The notes below the pieces were generated by a model that worked only from the letters and a program-made list of their open reading frames with translations, ran no database searches and was not told the origin of the DNA. A DNA stretch of 64,000 nucleotides, taken from assembly GCA_037143175.1 (NCBI GenBank), contig JBAWZF010000009.1, positions 1,959 through 65,958 of the forward strand, in the 5' to 3' direction. Below are positions 53,086 to 63,115 of the stretch, piece after piece (within the stretch, counting starts at the first letter, position 1; every line of letters begins with the position of its first letter). Both the position numbers and the translations under genes were made by a program. Source of the stretch: a bacterium (GTDB taxonomy: Bacteria > Verrucomicrobiota > Kiritimatiellia > CAIKKV01 > CAITUY01).

Positions 53086-54630
53086 ATGAGTTTGAAGCAC
53101 GCGATATCCAATGGAGTTGGCGGCGCCAGTCATGAACCCTTGTATTGTGTCGATTTGCCGACGCAACCCCGGCCCTCTGATGGTCCGATATTAGTGACTG
53201 GCGGAACAGGGTACATTGGAGGCAGATTGATCCATGAGCTCCTTGCCCGCGGGTATACTGTACGCGTCATGGTCAGAAAGGCGTCGCCGGAACATGCCGA
53301 GCGCTGGCCCGAGGCGGAGATTGTGGTGGCTGACGCCTCGGATGTAGCCTCGTTGACCTCGGCCCTGAAGGGGATTCATTCGGCCTACTACTTGATTCAT
53401 TCCCTGTTACTGGGCCCCAAAGAATTTGAAGCCTCTGATCACGCCAATGCATTAAACTTCAGGATTGCAGCCACTGCGAACGGGGTTTCGCGCATTATCT
53501 ATCTGGGAGGACTGGGGGATGTGCGTACGGTTCTCTCGCCTCACCTGCGGAGCCGGATGCATGTGGCGATGGAATTGGGTAATGGCACCGTCCCGACGAC
53601 CGTTCTGCGGGCCGCTGTCATTATCGGGTCCGGAAGCGCCTCCTACGAAATCATTCAACATCTTGTCCGGCGACTGGCTGTGATCGCCATCCCCTGGTGG
53701 GGGCGTACCAAATGCCAGCCGATCAGCATTCGGGATGTCATCAGGTATCTCGTGGGCGTGCTGGAGCGTCCCGAAACTGCCGGACAGTCCTATGACATTG
53801 GAGGACCCGACATTCTATCCTACGAGGAAATGTTACGGGTCGTTGCGGAGGTGCTGGGAAAAAAGCGCCTTTTCATCCCAATTTTCCTGTCAGATGTCAG
53901 GTTATACGCGTATATGTGCGGCTTATTGACTCCTGTGCCCGCTCCGATCACGCGCAGTTTGATGGAGGGGCTGAGAAATGATGTGGTGTGTCTTGACTCG
54001 CGAATTACCACGCTGATCCCATTTCGTCAGATCCCCTACAGGGATGCCGTACGGGAAGCCCTGGTTCATGAAGCCCAGGACTCAGTACATACCCGGTGGT
54101 CAGATTCGTATCCCCCCCATCATGAGTATAGTGTCAAGCTGCATGAACTGACTCATCCTCCCCGATTTACCGCTTCGGCCTCGGTGGTGTCGGCGAGAAG
54201 TAGTCATGATCTGTTCCGATCCGTTTGTCTGATCGGAGGCAAAGAAGGTTGGTCACATGGAAACTGGATGTGGCGGCTCAGGGGTATGCTGGACAAGCTC
54301 CTTATGGGGGTGGGCACGACACGTGGACGGCGAAGTTTATCCACCTTGCGTGTGAATGATGTGGTCGATTTCTGGAGGGTGGAGTCTTTGCATAAGAACC
54401 GGATGGTATTGCTCCGGGCCGAGATGAAACTACCCGGATTCGCCTGGCTCAAGTTCAGTATTGAGCCTGAAGCCAACGGCAACCGGCTTTCGGTGGTTGC
54501 TTATTATGATACGGACACCTGGTACGGGAAGCTCTACTGGTATATTTTCCTGCCCTTCCACGGTTACCTCTTTGACCGGCTTGTCTGCAAAATTTCAGAA
54601 AGAACCCTTGATTCAGAGAAGGCAAAATAG
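53086..54630 (+). CDS. NAD(P)H-binding (NmrA/SDR-like) protein with C-terminal DUF2867-like domain
   Basis: ILVTGGTGYIGGRLIHELL Rossmann motif. C-terminal LRAEMKLPGFAWLKFSIEP...GKLYWYIFLPFHGYLF pattern is typical of DUF2867. Confidence 0.8.
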   Translation: MSLKHAISNGVGGASHEPLYCVDLPTQPRPSDGPILVTGGTGYIGGRLIHELLARGYTVRVMVRKASPEHAERWPEAEIVVADASDVASLTSALKGIHSAYYLIHSLLLGPKEFEASDHANALNFRIAATANGVSRIIYLGGLGDVRTVLSPHLRSRMHVAMELGNGTVPTTVLRAAVIIGSGSASYEIIQHLVRRLAVIAIPWWGRTKCQPISIRDVIRYLVGVLERPETAGQSYDIGGPDILSYEEMLRVVAEVLGKKRLFIPIFLSDVRLYAYMCGLLTPVPAPITRSLMEGLRNDVVCLDSRITTLIPFRQIPYRDAVREALVHEAQDSVHTRWSDSYPPHHEYSVKLHELTHPPRFTASASVVSARSSHDLFRSVCLIGGKEGWSHGNWMWRLRGMLDKLLMGVGTTRGRRSLSTLRVNDVVDFWRVESLHKNRMVLLRAEMKLPGFAWLKFSIEPEANGNRLSVVAYYDTDTWYGKLYWYIFLPFHGYLFDRLVCKISERTLDSEKAK

Positions 54631-54758
54631 AGGGTAGGCTATTAGACTGATAGAATTAGTAATAATTCCCTTTTTTTGTTGATCTGGTGCCATTGGAGTG
54701 ATATCAATTCCGGCTTTTATGGCTGGTTGGGTGGGTGGGGGACGGAGCAATTTTGTTT

Positions 54759-55163
54759 ATGACCAATACCGTTGTTTGGAGCTTAATTTATTTACTGGCC
54801 TTCCTTTTGGCTGGACTGGTTATCGGTCTTGGCGCCATGGTGATGGCTTGGTTGCTTGCACCGAAGCGTACCCGGACGGTCTATCAGAAAACCCTGCGGA
54901 GCATTGAGTGCGGGGTGGCGCCCATCGGGCATGCCTGGATCCGGTACGGGGTCGTTTATTATCTTTATGCACTGATATTTGTGGCGTTCTCCGTTGACGT
55001 CCTTTTCCTGTTTCCTGTAGCCCTTGTCTACAACGAAACCCCCGGTTGGTTGGATTTTGGAGAAGTTCTGCTTTTTGTCGGGATCCTGGCGTTGGTGATT
55101 GTTTATGCTTGGAAGAAAGGCGTTTTTTCATGGAAAAGCAAGTTGAAGTCCCCCCAGGCTTAA
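54759..55163 (+). CDS. nuoA: NADH:quinone oxidoreductase (complex I-like) subunit A
   Basis: 3-TM protein. ECG motif region [14 protein letters not shown] and [13 protein letters not shown]. Start is ATG at 54759 or GTG at 54735. Confidence 0.85.
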   Translation: MTNTVVWSLIYLLAFLLAGLVIGLGAMVMAWLLAPKRTRTVYQKTLRSIECGVAPIGHAWIRYGVVYYLYALIFVAFSVDVLFLFPVALVYNETPGWLDFGEVLLFVGILALVIVYAWKKGVFSWKSKLKSPQA

Positions 55164-55630
55164 TCCACTTCGCAATGCTTGATGATGTGTTGAATATGGC
55201 TCGCGCCAATTCACTGTGGCCGATGACTTTCGGGTTGGCCTGCTGTGCCATTGAGATGATGGCGACAGGTGCTTCTCGATTTGATATGGCCCGGTTTGGC
55301 TGTGAAGTCTTCCGGCCTTCTCCGCGCCAGAGCGATCTGATGATCGTGAGCGGAACCATCAGTCGCAAAATGGCGCCTGCGGTGGTGACGCTTTATGATC
55401 AGATGCCTGAGCCCAAGTGGGTGCTGGCTATGGGAAATTGTGCCATCTCCGGCGGCCCTTTTAAGTTCCCCGGCCAATATGGCATTGTCGAGGGTGTGGA
55501 TAAGCTCATTCCTGTGGATGTTTATGTGCCGGGTTGTCCTCCGCGGCCTGAGGCCTTGATCGAAGGGATCCTCACGCTTGAGGAGAAGCTTCGTGGCAAA
55601 CGTTGTTTCCCGACCGTGGAGGCCCGATAA
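55130..55630 (+). CDS. nuoB: Complex I-like subunit B (N2 Fe-S subunit)
   Basis: [25 protein letters not shown] and VPGCPPRPE. Start is ATG at 55130 (overlaps nuoA) or 55175. Confidence 0.9.
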   Translation: MEKQVEVPPGLIHFAMLDDVLNMARANSLWPMTFGLACCAIEMMATGASRFDMARFGCEVFRPSPRQSDLMIVSGTISRKMAPAVVTLYDQMPEPKWVLAMGNCAISGGPFKFPGQYGIVEGVDKLIPVDVYVPGCPPRPEALIEGILTLEEKLRGKRCFPTVEAR

Positions 55631-55635
55631 ACCCC

Positions 55636-56124
55636 ATGAAGATACTCCCCCTGAAATCAAAGTTTGAAGCGATTGCCGTGCGCGGAACCCCCGCGCCCGT
55701 CGTTGGCGCCGAGGCCGGTGCTCCGGTGCCACTGGTGAACGAAACCCCGCATGCGACCAAGGGGATTGATCTGGATGTGACGGTATCAGCAGAGCGTGTG
55801 GTGGAGGCTGTCAAAATCCTGGATGAGGCAAACTGGATGCTTGAGGCGATCACCGGGGTTGATTGGCTGGCTGAACGTCAATTTGAAGTGGTCTATGATT
55901 TCACCCATGTCGACTCAGGTGAACGAGTGACCGTCCGGGTCCGGATTTCCCGTGACAAGCCGGAACTGCCGACCATTTCCCACATTTATGGCGGGGCCAA
56001 CTGGCATGAGCGAGAAACCCATGATTTCTTTGGGATTATCTTTTTAGGGCATCCGCAACTGATTCCGTTACTATTGCCGGAAGATGCCCGCTTTCACCCG
56101 CTGCGAAAGGATTTTACAGCGTGA
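55636..56124 (+). CDS. nuoC: Complex I-like subunit C
   Basis: ANWHERETHDFFGIIFLGHP signature. Start is ATG at 55636, just after the nuoB stop. Confidence 0.85.
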   Translation: MKILPLKSKFEAIAVRGTPAPVVGAEAGAPVPLVNETPHATKGIDLDVTVSAERVVEAVKILDEANWMLEAITGVDWLAERQFEVVYDFTHVDSGERVTVRVRISRDKPELPTISHIYGGANWHERETHDFFGIIFLGHPQLIPLLLPEDARFHPLRKDFTA

Positions 56125-57239
56125 GTATTGACGCACAAAGTGTTCTGAACGAAACGTTTGTACTCAATTTGGGGCCCCAGCATCCAGCCACTCATGGTGT
56201 GTTGCGCATCAAGCTTACCATGGATGGTGAGTACATTGTAGATGCGGAGCCGGTGATTGGTTACGGGCACCGCATGCATGAGAAGATGGGGGAAAACCGC
56301 TCCTATGCGAAGTTTCTGCCCAATACCGGTCGCATTGATTATGTGGCGGCCCTTTTCAATGGCCATGGTTATGTGGGCGCGGTGGAGCGGTTGGCAGGGA
56401 TTACGGTGCCGGAACGTGCTGAATATATCCGTGTGATCACCTCGGAGCTGAATCGTGTCGCCAGCCATTTGTTGTGGCTGGGTGCCTTTCTGGTCGATCT
56501 AGGCGGGTTCACGCCGCTCCTGTATTGTTTTGATGACCGCGAACAGATTCTTGACCTGCTTGAATCCGTTACCGGCGCGCGCTTGACCTTCTGCTATTAC
56601 CGGTTCGGTGGCGTCTGTAATGATATTGACGATGACTTTGTTGCAGGGACAAGGTCGTTTATCACCCGTCTGCGCTCCCGGATGCCGATGTATGATGCCT
56701 TTGTTACCAAGAACATTATCTTCCGTAAACGGGTGGAGGGGATTGGCCTCATATCGGCCGAGACCTGCCGCAAGTATGGTGCCACGGGGCCCGTGATTCG
56801 CGGGTCCGGGGTTTCCTATGATGTGCGCAAAGTGGAACCATACTCGGTCTATTTAAAATTCAATTTCGATATTCCGTCTTTCACTGAGTGCGATTGCATG
56901 GCCCGTTATAAGGTGCGTATTGAGGAGATGGTTCAGAGTATGCGGATTATTGAACAGGCACTCGATTCGCTGCCAGCCGGGCCCATCATGGCGGAGAAGG
57001 TGCCGCGAACCCTTAAGCTGGCCAAGGGCGACTGTTATTACAACGTTGAGTCGGCACGGGGCAGTTTCGGGGTACGGGTGGTGAGCGATGGTTCGGAAAA
57101 TGCCTATCGTCTCAAACTGCGTTCACCTTGTTTCTCGAACATGAGCCTGTTCCGCGAATGTTCAGCAGGGATGTTGCTGCCGGATGCGTTGGCGCTTCTG
57201 GGAAGTTTTGATCTGGTGATTCCGGATATAGACCGTTAA
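56121..57239 (+). CDS. nuoD: Complex I-like subunit D
   Basis: LNLGPQHPATHGVLR signature; 372 aa; ATGA-type overlap with nuoC. Confidence 0.9.
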   Translation: MSIDAQSVLNETFVLNLGPQHPATHGVLRIKLTMDGEYIVDAEPVIGYGHRMHEKMGENRSYAKFLPNTGRIDYVAALFNGHGYVGAVERLAGITVPERAEYIRVITSELNRVASHLLWLGAFLVDLGGFTPLLYCFDDREQILDLLESVTGARLTFCYYRFGGVCNDIDDDFVAGTRSFITRLRSRMPMYDAFVTKNIIFRKRVEGIGLISAETCRKYGATGPVIRGSGVSYDVRKVEPYSVYLKFNFDIPSFTECDCMARYKVRIEEMVQSMRIIEQALDSLPAGPIMAEKVPRTLKLAKGDCYYNVESARGSFGVRVVSDGSENAYRLKLRSPCFSNMSLFRECSAGMLLPDALALLGSFDLVIPDIDR

Positions 57240-57258
57240 GGATGGGAGTGGGTTAGAA

Positions 57259-58260
57259 ATGTCGAGTGACATGATCATGGAATTGGTGCGGCTGATCCTC
57301 TATTTGGTCGGCTTTCTTGCCTTTGCGCTGCTTAATGCGGCGTACCTGACCCTTGTGGAGCGGAAAGTTCCCTCTTGGTTCCAGCTTCGGCCGGGCCCCA
57401 TTGAAGTGGGGCCGTGGGGGCTGTTGCAACCGGTGGCGGACGGAATCAAGCTTTTGGGTAAGCAGATCCTGACCCCGCAGGGAGCCGATCTGATTATGTT
57501 CAAGCTGGCACCGGTGATGGTGGTGGTGCCGGGGGTTCTGTGTCTGGTGACGATACCGTTCAGTGAGATGATTGTGCCCCGGAATTTCAATCTGGGACTT
57601 CTGATGATCTTCGCGTTCGGTGCGTTCGGGGTGTTTGCGATTCTGCTGGGCGGCTGGGCTTCGAATAACAAGTATTCGAGCATTGCGGCCGCGCGGGTGG
57701 TGGCGCAAAACATTGCCTACGAAATCCCCATGTTATTAGTCGTGATTTCGCTGGTGTTCGTCACGCGCACATTCAACTTGCACACGATTGTTGAACAGCA
57801 GATGGGGGGATTTTGGCACTGGAATGTGTTAAATCTGAAGGCTAGCATCATGATGCCGATCGCCTTCCTGATCTATTTTATCTGTATGCTGGCGGAGACA
57901 AATCGAGCGCCCTTCGACATGGTGGAGGCCGAAAGTGAACTCGTGGCTGGTGCCTTTACGGAATATTCGGGGATGGGGTTCGGTCTGTTTTTCGTTGCCG
58001 AGTATTTGAATATCATGGTCGGGTGCTGCGTTGGCACGATACTCTTTCTTGGCGGCTGGGATTGCCCCTTTGGCCTGCTTCCTGGGCTCCATTGGTTCCT
58101 GATCAAAATGTACGTCCTTTGCTTTGCCGTGATCTGGGTGCGCTGGTCGTTTCCCCGCACGCAGTTTTACGGGCTTCTGAACTTGTCGTGGAAAATTCTT
58201 ATTCCGTTTGCGCTGGTTAACCTGTTGCTGACGGCCTTTATGCTAAAACTATTCCACTAG
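57259..58260 (+). CDS. nuoH: Complex I-like subunit H
   Basis: LVERKV...QLRPGP and GGWASNNKYSSIAAAR signatures; AETNRAPFD. Confidence 0.9.
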   Translation: MSSDMIMELVRLILYLVGFLAFALLNAAYLTLVERKVPSWFQLRPGPIEVGPWGLLQPVADGIKLLGKQILTPQGADLIMFKLAPVMVVVPGVLCLVTIPFSEMIVPRNFNLGLLMIFAFGAFGVFAILLGGWASNNKYSSIAAARVVAQNIAYEIPMLLVVISLVFVTRTFNLHTIVEQQMGGFWHWNVLNLKASIMMPIAFLIYFICMLAETNRAPFDMVEAESELVAGAFTEYSGMGFGLFFVAEYLNIMVGCCVGTILFLGGWDCPFGLLPGLHWFLIKMYVLCFAVIWVRWSFPRTQFYGLLNLSWKILIPFALVNLLLTAFMLKLFH

Positions 58261-58270
58261 GCTTAACCTG

Positions 58271-58711
58271 ATGATTACCTATTTCAAAGAAATTTTTTAC
58301 GGGCTTTATACCCTGTGCGTGGGGATGAAGATTACTTTCCTTCACTGGTTCCGCCCGAACGTGACGGTGCACTATCCCCGGCAAAGTCTTAAAATGACTC
58401 CGCGCTATCGCGGTCACATTGATCTGACCTGTGATGAGGCAACCGGCAAGCCCAAGTGCGTGGTCTGTATGGCGTGTCAGCGGGCCTGCCCCTCAGGCTG
58501 CATCAAACTGGATGGGGCCAAGGCCGAAGGGGCGCCCCGCAAGTCGCTGACCTCCTATACGCTTGATTTCACGGCCTGCAGTCTGTGCGGACTCTGCGTG
58601 GAAAGTTGTAGCTTTGATGCGATTCACTTTTCAAAGGAATACAATCTGGCCTCCCGGAAGAAGGAAGATTACAAGATGGATCTGCTAAAACGCGTGCTGG
58701 AGAAAAAATGA
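58271..58711 (+). CDS. nuoI: Complex I-like subunit I (2x[4Fe-4S] ferredoxin)
   Basis: CVVCMACQRACP and CSLCGLCVESC cluster motifs. Confidence 0.9.
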   Translation: MITYFKEIFYGLYTLCVGMKITFLHWFRPNVTVHYPRQSLKMTPRYRGHIDLTCDEATGKPKCVVCMACQRACPSGCIKLDGAKAEGAPRKSLTSYTLDFTACSLCGLCVESCSFDAIHFSKEYNLASRKKEDYKMDLLKRVLEKK

Positions 58712-59250
58712 CGATTGACTTGACCCCTGCAACGCTCAACACACTGGCCTCATCCCTGCTTTTCATCGGGGTGGTGGCTGTGACTTTGACTGGTGCGGTT
58801 ATCGCGGCGGCCTCACGGCGGCTGGTATATTGTGTGAGTGGGCTGGTTCTTTCGTTTATGGGGCTGGCGGGACTGTATGTCTTCCTGAATAGTCCGTTTC
58901 TGGCACTGATGCAGGTATTGATTTACATCGGAGCCATTTGCGTCACGATCATGTTCGCGCTGATGCTGGCTGATCCCAAAGATGAGCCGTCCATGCTGCC
59001 GCGAAATGTTGCGATCGGGCTGTCCAGTTTTCTGGTCGCGGGCATGCTGGCGGTGGGCCTGATCATGGTGATTGCCAGAACACACTGGATGCCGAAGGCC
59101 GTCCAGATTAATTCCGGTACAGTCGAGGATCTTGGGCGAGTGCTGTTGACTCGCTTTGGGTTCGCGTTTGAACTGATCTCGGTGGTGTTGCTGCTGGCCA
59201 TTCTGGGGGCACTGGTCGTTGCGCGGTCGGGACGGAGGACTCAATCATGA
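58708..59250 (+). CDS. nuoJ: Complex I-like subunit J
   Basis: 180-aa, 5-TM protein in the conserved position between nuoI and nuoK. ATGA overlap with nuoI. Contains VLIYIGAICVTIMFALML. Confidence 0.8.
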   Translation: MTIDLTPATLNTLASSLLFIGVVAVTLTGAVIAAASRRLVYCVSGLVLSFMGLAGLYVFLNSPFLALMQVLIYIGAICVTIMFALMLADPKDEPSMLPRNVAIGLSSFLVAGMLAVGLIMVIARTHWMPKAVQINSGTVEDLGRVLLTRFGFAFELISVVLLLAILGALVVARSGRRTQS

Positions 59251-59585
59251 CTCTCATCAATTTGATAATTCAGGCGCCTGGAAGTCTGGCAGCGTATCTG
59301 ACCGTGGGTGTGTTGATGTTTGCCATCGGTTTCTTTGGTTTTATCCGACATCGCACACTGGTGGGAATGTTGATCTCCGGTGAGTTGATTCTGGCGGGCG
59401 CCTCGCTTAATTTTATGGCTTTTGCCCACTTCCGCGCGGCTGATCCGGTGATCGGCCAAGCTTTTACGTTGTTTATCATGGGGATTGCGGCAGCCGAGGC
59501 GGCTATTGTGCTGAGCATTATGATTGCCGTGTATCGTAATTATCACTCCATTGATGTCTCTGATCTGAAGGAGATGGAAGGATGA
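59247..59585 (+). CDS. nuoK: Complex I-like subunit K
   Basis: 112-aa, 3-TM protein with SGELILAGASLNF and AAAEAAIVLSI, typical of NuoK/MrpC. Confidence 0.85.
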   Translation: MTLINLIIQAPGSLAAYLTVGVLMFAIGFFGFIRHRTLVGMLISGELILAGASLNFMAFAHFRAADPVIGQAFTLFIMGIAAAEAAIVLSIMIAVYRNYHSIDVSDLKEMEG

Positions 59586-61066
59586 CGATGGCCGCTCCCA
59601 TGGAAACCCCGCGTTTGCTTTTGGCAATTCTTGCGCCCCTGATCGGATCCGCGGCGGTGATGCTTACCGGCAAGCGCCCGAATGTGCGCGAGACCTGCTC
59701 GTTTATCACGGCGACCATTTTGTTCGGTACGGTGGTCTCCCTGCTGCCTGCCGTGCTGGCTGGTGAAAAGTTGGTCTATCATCTTTTCAGTATTCTACCC
59801 GGTGTTAGCGTGACGTTGCGGGCGGATGCCTTTTCCATGGTCTTCGCGCTCGTTGCTTCTTCCCTATGGATGGTGACGGTCATTTATTCGATGGGCTACA
59901 TGCGGGGCTCGCATGAGCATGCCCAGACCCGCTTCAATGCCTGCTTTGCGCTGGCTCTTTTTGGCGCCATCGGCTGTGCCTTCTCGGATAACCTTTTTAC
60001 GCTCTACCTGTTCTACGAAATTGTCAGCATCAGCACTTATCCGCTGGTGGCTCATCATCAGGACCAGGAAGGGTATGAGGGCGCTCGCAAGTATCTGACC
60101 TATCTGACGGCCACCGCCAAGGGGTTGGTGCTGCCGGCCATGATCATGACCTATGTCCTCTGCGGAACACTTGATTTTTCACTCAACATCAGAGATGGCA
60201 TTTTTCCGTCGGATGCCAGCCGCGTGATGGTGACGATTACCTACATCTGCCTGATTCTGGGCTTTGCCAAGAACGGCATCATGCCCTTCCATAGCTGGTT
60301 GCCCGGCGCGATGGTGGCCCCCACGCCCGTGAGCGCGTTGTTGCATGCCGTTGCCGTTGTTAAAGTCGGTGTGTTCTCCACGACGCGCGTGATGTTGTTC
60401 CTGTTCGGCGTGGTCAAGATGGATGACTTCAATCTGGGGATTCCCACGGCTTATTTTGTGTCATTTACGATTCTGGCGGCATCGTTGATCGCCTTGAGTA
60501 AGAACAACCTGAAGGCGCGGTTGGCCTATTCCACGGTGAGCCAGTTATCCTATGTAATTTTGGGTGTGGCTTTGCTGACACCGGTGGGGATTGAAGGCGG
60601 TATTGTTCATATCGTCAATCATGCCTTCGCCAAGATCACCCTGTTCTTCTGTGCTGGCGCCATTTATGTGGCATCGCATAAAAAAGATATTTCCGACATG
60701 AAAGGCCTGGGGCGCGTGATGCCGTTTACCTTTGCGGCATTCGGTATAGCGGCATTGAGCATGATTGGCGTGCCGCCAGTGGGGGGATTCATCAGCAAGT
60801 GGTTCCTTTTGGTGGGTGCCATGGATGCCGCACAAATCGGGATCGTGGTGGTGTTGTTGCTTAGTACGATCCTGAATATCGGATATTTTGCGCCAGTTGT
60901 GTATTCTGCATTTTTCGGTAAGCCCGCCGATCCCCATGCGTATGACGGGGTGAGGGAAGCCCCGCTAACCATGGTGGTGCCGTTGCTGATTACTGCGTCA
61001 CTCTCAGTGGCGGTAGGTATTTATCCCGACTTTTTCCTCAATCTCATAAAGGGAGTGTTCGTATGA
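59582..61066 (+). CDS. Antiporter-like (MrpD/NuoM/NuoN-family) proton-conducting membrane subunit, in a non-canonical position
   Basis: 494-aa polytopic ORF. FYEIVSISTYPLV, WLPGAMVAPTPVSALLHA and VNHAFAKITLFFCAG are typical of Proton_antipo_M. No long C-terminal lateral helix. ATGA overlap with nuoK. Confidence 0.85.
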   Translation: MTMAAPMETPRLLLAILAPLIGSAAVMLTGKRPNVRETCSFITATILFGTVVSLLPAVLAGEKLVYHLFSILPGVSVTLRADAFSMVFALVASSLWMVTVIYSMGYMRGSHEHAQTRFNACFALALFGAIGCAFSDNLFTLYLFYEIVSISTYPLVAHHQDQEGYEGARKYLTYLTATAKGLVLPAMIMTYVLCGTLDFSLNIRDGIFPSDASRVMVTITYICLILGFAKNGIMPFHSWLPGAMVAPTPVSALLHAVAVVKVGVFSTTRVMLFLFGVVKMDDFNLGIPTAYFVSFTILAASLIALSKNNLKARLAYSTVSQLSYVILGVALLTPVGIEGGIVHIVNHAFAKITLFFCAGAIYVASHKKDISDMKGLGRVMPFTFAAFGIAALSMIGVPPVGGFISKWFLLVGAMDAAQIGIVVVLLLSTILNIGYFAPVVYSAFFGKPADPHAYDGVREAPLTMVVPLLITASLSVAVGIYPDFFLNLIKGVFV

Positions 61067-61320
61067 AGATTGTCGCCTTGATCGATTTTCTGCGCAACCA
61101 CCTGAAGGTCGTTATTGTGGTGAGCTGCGTGGTACTGGCCTTGCTCGTGGTGGGTGATTGGCTGTTGGTGGATAAGGAGCATGCCCACACGAAAGCCGAG
61201 CATATTCCTGGCTTCTGGGCGGCATTCGGCTTTGTTGCCTGCGTTCTTATTATTTTTGTATCCAAGTGGTTCGGACACCAGGGTATTATGAAACGGGAAG
61301 ATTATTATGGCGATGAATGA
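61063..61320 (+). CDS. Small 2-TM membrane protein of unknown function
   Basis: 85-aa ORF. Overlaps both neighbours (ATGA at 61063-61066; 8-14 nt overlap at 61307-61320). Hydrophobic segments VVIVVSCVVLALLVVGDWLLV and FWAAFGFVACVLIIFVSKWF. Confidence 0.55.
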   Translation: MKIVALIDFLRNHLKVVIVVSCVVLALLVVGDWLLVDKEHAHTKAEHIPGFWAAFGFVACVLIIFVSKWFGHQGIMKREDYYGDE

Positions 61321-63112
61321 GTTCTGGCTACATCCGGCGCTGATCCTGATTGTGGGCGCCATCGTGATGCCATTGTTGCGCGGACGGGCACGGTCCATCT
61401 GGTTGCTGCTTGTACCGGCACTTGTATTTGCCCAGGTTATCAATATGGGAGCGGATCAAGGGCTTCATGGCACCGTCAAATTCCTCGATCTTACATTGAC
61501 GTTCGGTCGTGTTGACAAGTTGGCGCAGGTATTCGGCTACATCATGTCTCTGATGTGCCTGCTGGGCAGTTTGTATGCCCTGCATGTCAAAGAGTCCGCG
61601 CAGCATTCTGCCGCCTGGGTTTATGTCGCCGGTTCGCTGGGCGTCATTTACGCCGGCGATTTCATGACGCTGTTCCTGTTCTGGGAATTGATGGCGTTCT
61701 CCTCGGTGTTCCTGATCTGGTTGCGTCGGCGCCCGCAATCACTGGGTGCGGGCTTCCGGTATTTATTGGTGCATGTGGCTGGTGGCCTGGCCTTGCTGGC
61801 AGGCATCCTGCTTCGTTACCACGCCACGGGCGGGGATCTCACGTTTACCCAGTTGGATGTGCTTAATCCCGATCTTTCCACCTATCTGATCATGATCGGG
61901 TTCATCCTGAATGCCGCAGTGCCGCCTCTGCATGCGTGGTTGCCGGATGCCTATGGTGAAGCGACTGTCACAGGTTCCGTGTTCATGTGCGCGTTCACGA
62001 CTAAGACGGCTGTCTATGCGCTCTGCCGTGGTTTTGCTGGAATGGAGATTCTGGTGGTATTGGGTGTCTGTATGGCTCTGTACGGTGTGGTTTATGCCGT
62101 TCTTGAAAACGATGCCCGTCGCTTGCTGGCTTATCACATTATTAGCCAGGTCGGTTATATGGTTGCCGGCGTGGGGATTGGAACCCAGATGGCGATCAAT
62201 GGTGCCTGCGCACATGCCTTTGCCCACATTCTCTATAAGGGACTCCTGTTTATGGGAACGGGCTCAGTTTTGCATATGACCGGCAAGAGTAAGTTTTCCG
62301 AGTTGGGCGGGCTCTATAAGAAAATGCCCTGGGCGTTTGTCTTTACCTTGATTGGGGGACTGTCAATTTCGGCCTTCCCGCTCTTCAGCGGATTTGTCAG
62401 TAAGTCGATGATTGTGGCGGCTGGGTTTGAAGAACACAAGATGACGGCGGCATTCCTCCTGATGTTGGCATCGGCAGGAACGTTTCTTCATACCGGGTTG
62501 AAAGTTCCGTACTTTATCTGGTTCGGTAAGAATAACTGCAGTAAGGAGACCTGGGAAATCGCGAAGGATCCACCTTGGAACATGTGCGCGGCCATGGCGT
62601 TGATGTCATTCATGTGCATTTTCATCGGGTGTTATACGCCGTACCTTTACGACAAGCTTCCGTTTGAAGTGGATTATCATCCGTATACCGCCTACCACGT
62701 ATCTGAAACACTTCAGATCCTGTTATTCACAGCCCTCGGCTTTTTCCTCTTCATCAAGAAGCTGAAACCAGAGGCGACGATCAGTCTGGATATGGACTGG
62801 TTTTATCGGATGGGTGGACGCGGGGTGGCTTGGGTGTCCCGTGTACCGGCCCAGGCGGTGGATGAGTGGGTGAGCGAGTTCTACCGGTTCTGTGGACTGG
62901 CCTGGACGATGTCGTTGGCCCGGGTATCCTCGTGGTTTGATGGGCGTGTGATTGATGGTGTGGTGGATGGGGTAGCGCTCTCAGTGCGTTATCTGGGGGA
63001 TCGTGTTCGCCACATGCAGACAAGAAATCTTCAGTTCAATATCTTCAGCGCGGTCGTGGTGGTCGTGGTGATGTTGTTGACCTATGCGTTGACAGCGATG
63101 ACGTTGAGGTAA
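61307..63112 (+). CDS. Antiporter-like subunit with NuoL-type C-terminal extension
   Basis: 601-aa ORF. WLPDAYGEATVTGSVFM and AHAFAHILYKGLLFMG core motifs. C-terminal amphipathic stretch WFDGRVIDGVVDGVALSVRYLGDR followed by a final TM (IFSAVVVVVVMLLTYAL). Confidence 0.85.
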   Translation: MAMNEFWLHPALILIVGAIVMPLLRGRARSIWLLLVPALVFAQVINMGADQGLHGTVKFLDLTLTFGRVDKLAQVFGYIMSLMCLLGSLYALHVKESAQHSAAWVYVAGSLGVIYAGDFMTLFLFWELMAFSSVFLIWLRRRPQSLGAGFRYLLVHVAGGLALLAGILLRYHATGGDLTFTQLDVLNPDLSTYLIMIGFILNAAVPPLHAWLPDAYGEATVTGSVFMCAFTTKTAVYALCRGFAGMEILVVLGVCMALYGVVYAVLENDARRLLAYHIISQVGYMVAGVGIGTQMAINGACAHAFAHILYKGLLFMGTGSVLHMTGKSKFSELGGLYKKMPWAFVFTLIGGLSISAFPLFSGFVSKSMIVAAGFEEHKMTAAFLLMLASAGTFLHTGLKVPYFIWFGKNNCSKETWEIAKDPPWNMCAAMALMSFMCIFIGCYTPYLYDKLPFEVDYHPYTAYHVSETLQILLFTALGFFLFIKKLKPEATISLDMDWFYRMGGRGVAWVSRVPAQAVDEWVSEFYRFCGLAWTMSLARVSSWFDGRVIDGVVDGVALSVRYLGDRVRHMQTRNLQFNIFSAVVVVVVMLLTYALTAMTLR

Positions 63113-63115
63113 GCT

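Noticed and set aside
54631-54734. Possible rho-independent terminator (CCCTTTTTTTG run) after the SDR-DUF2867 gene
   Set aside because: I could not find a convincing GC-rich stem preceding the T-run by eye, so I left it unannotated.
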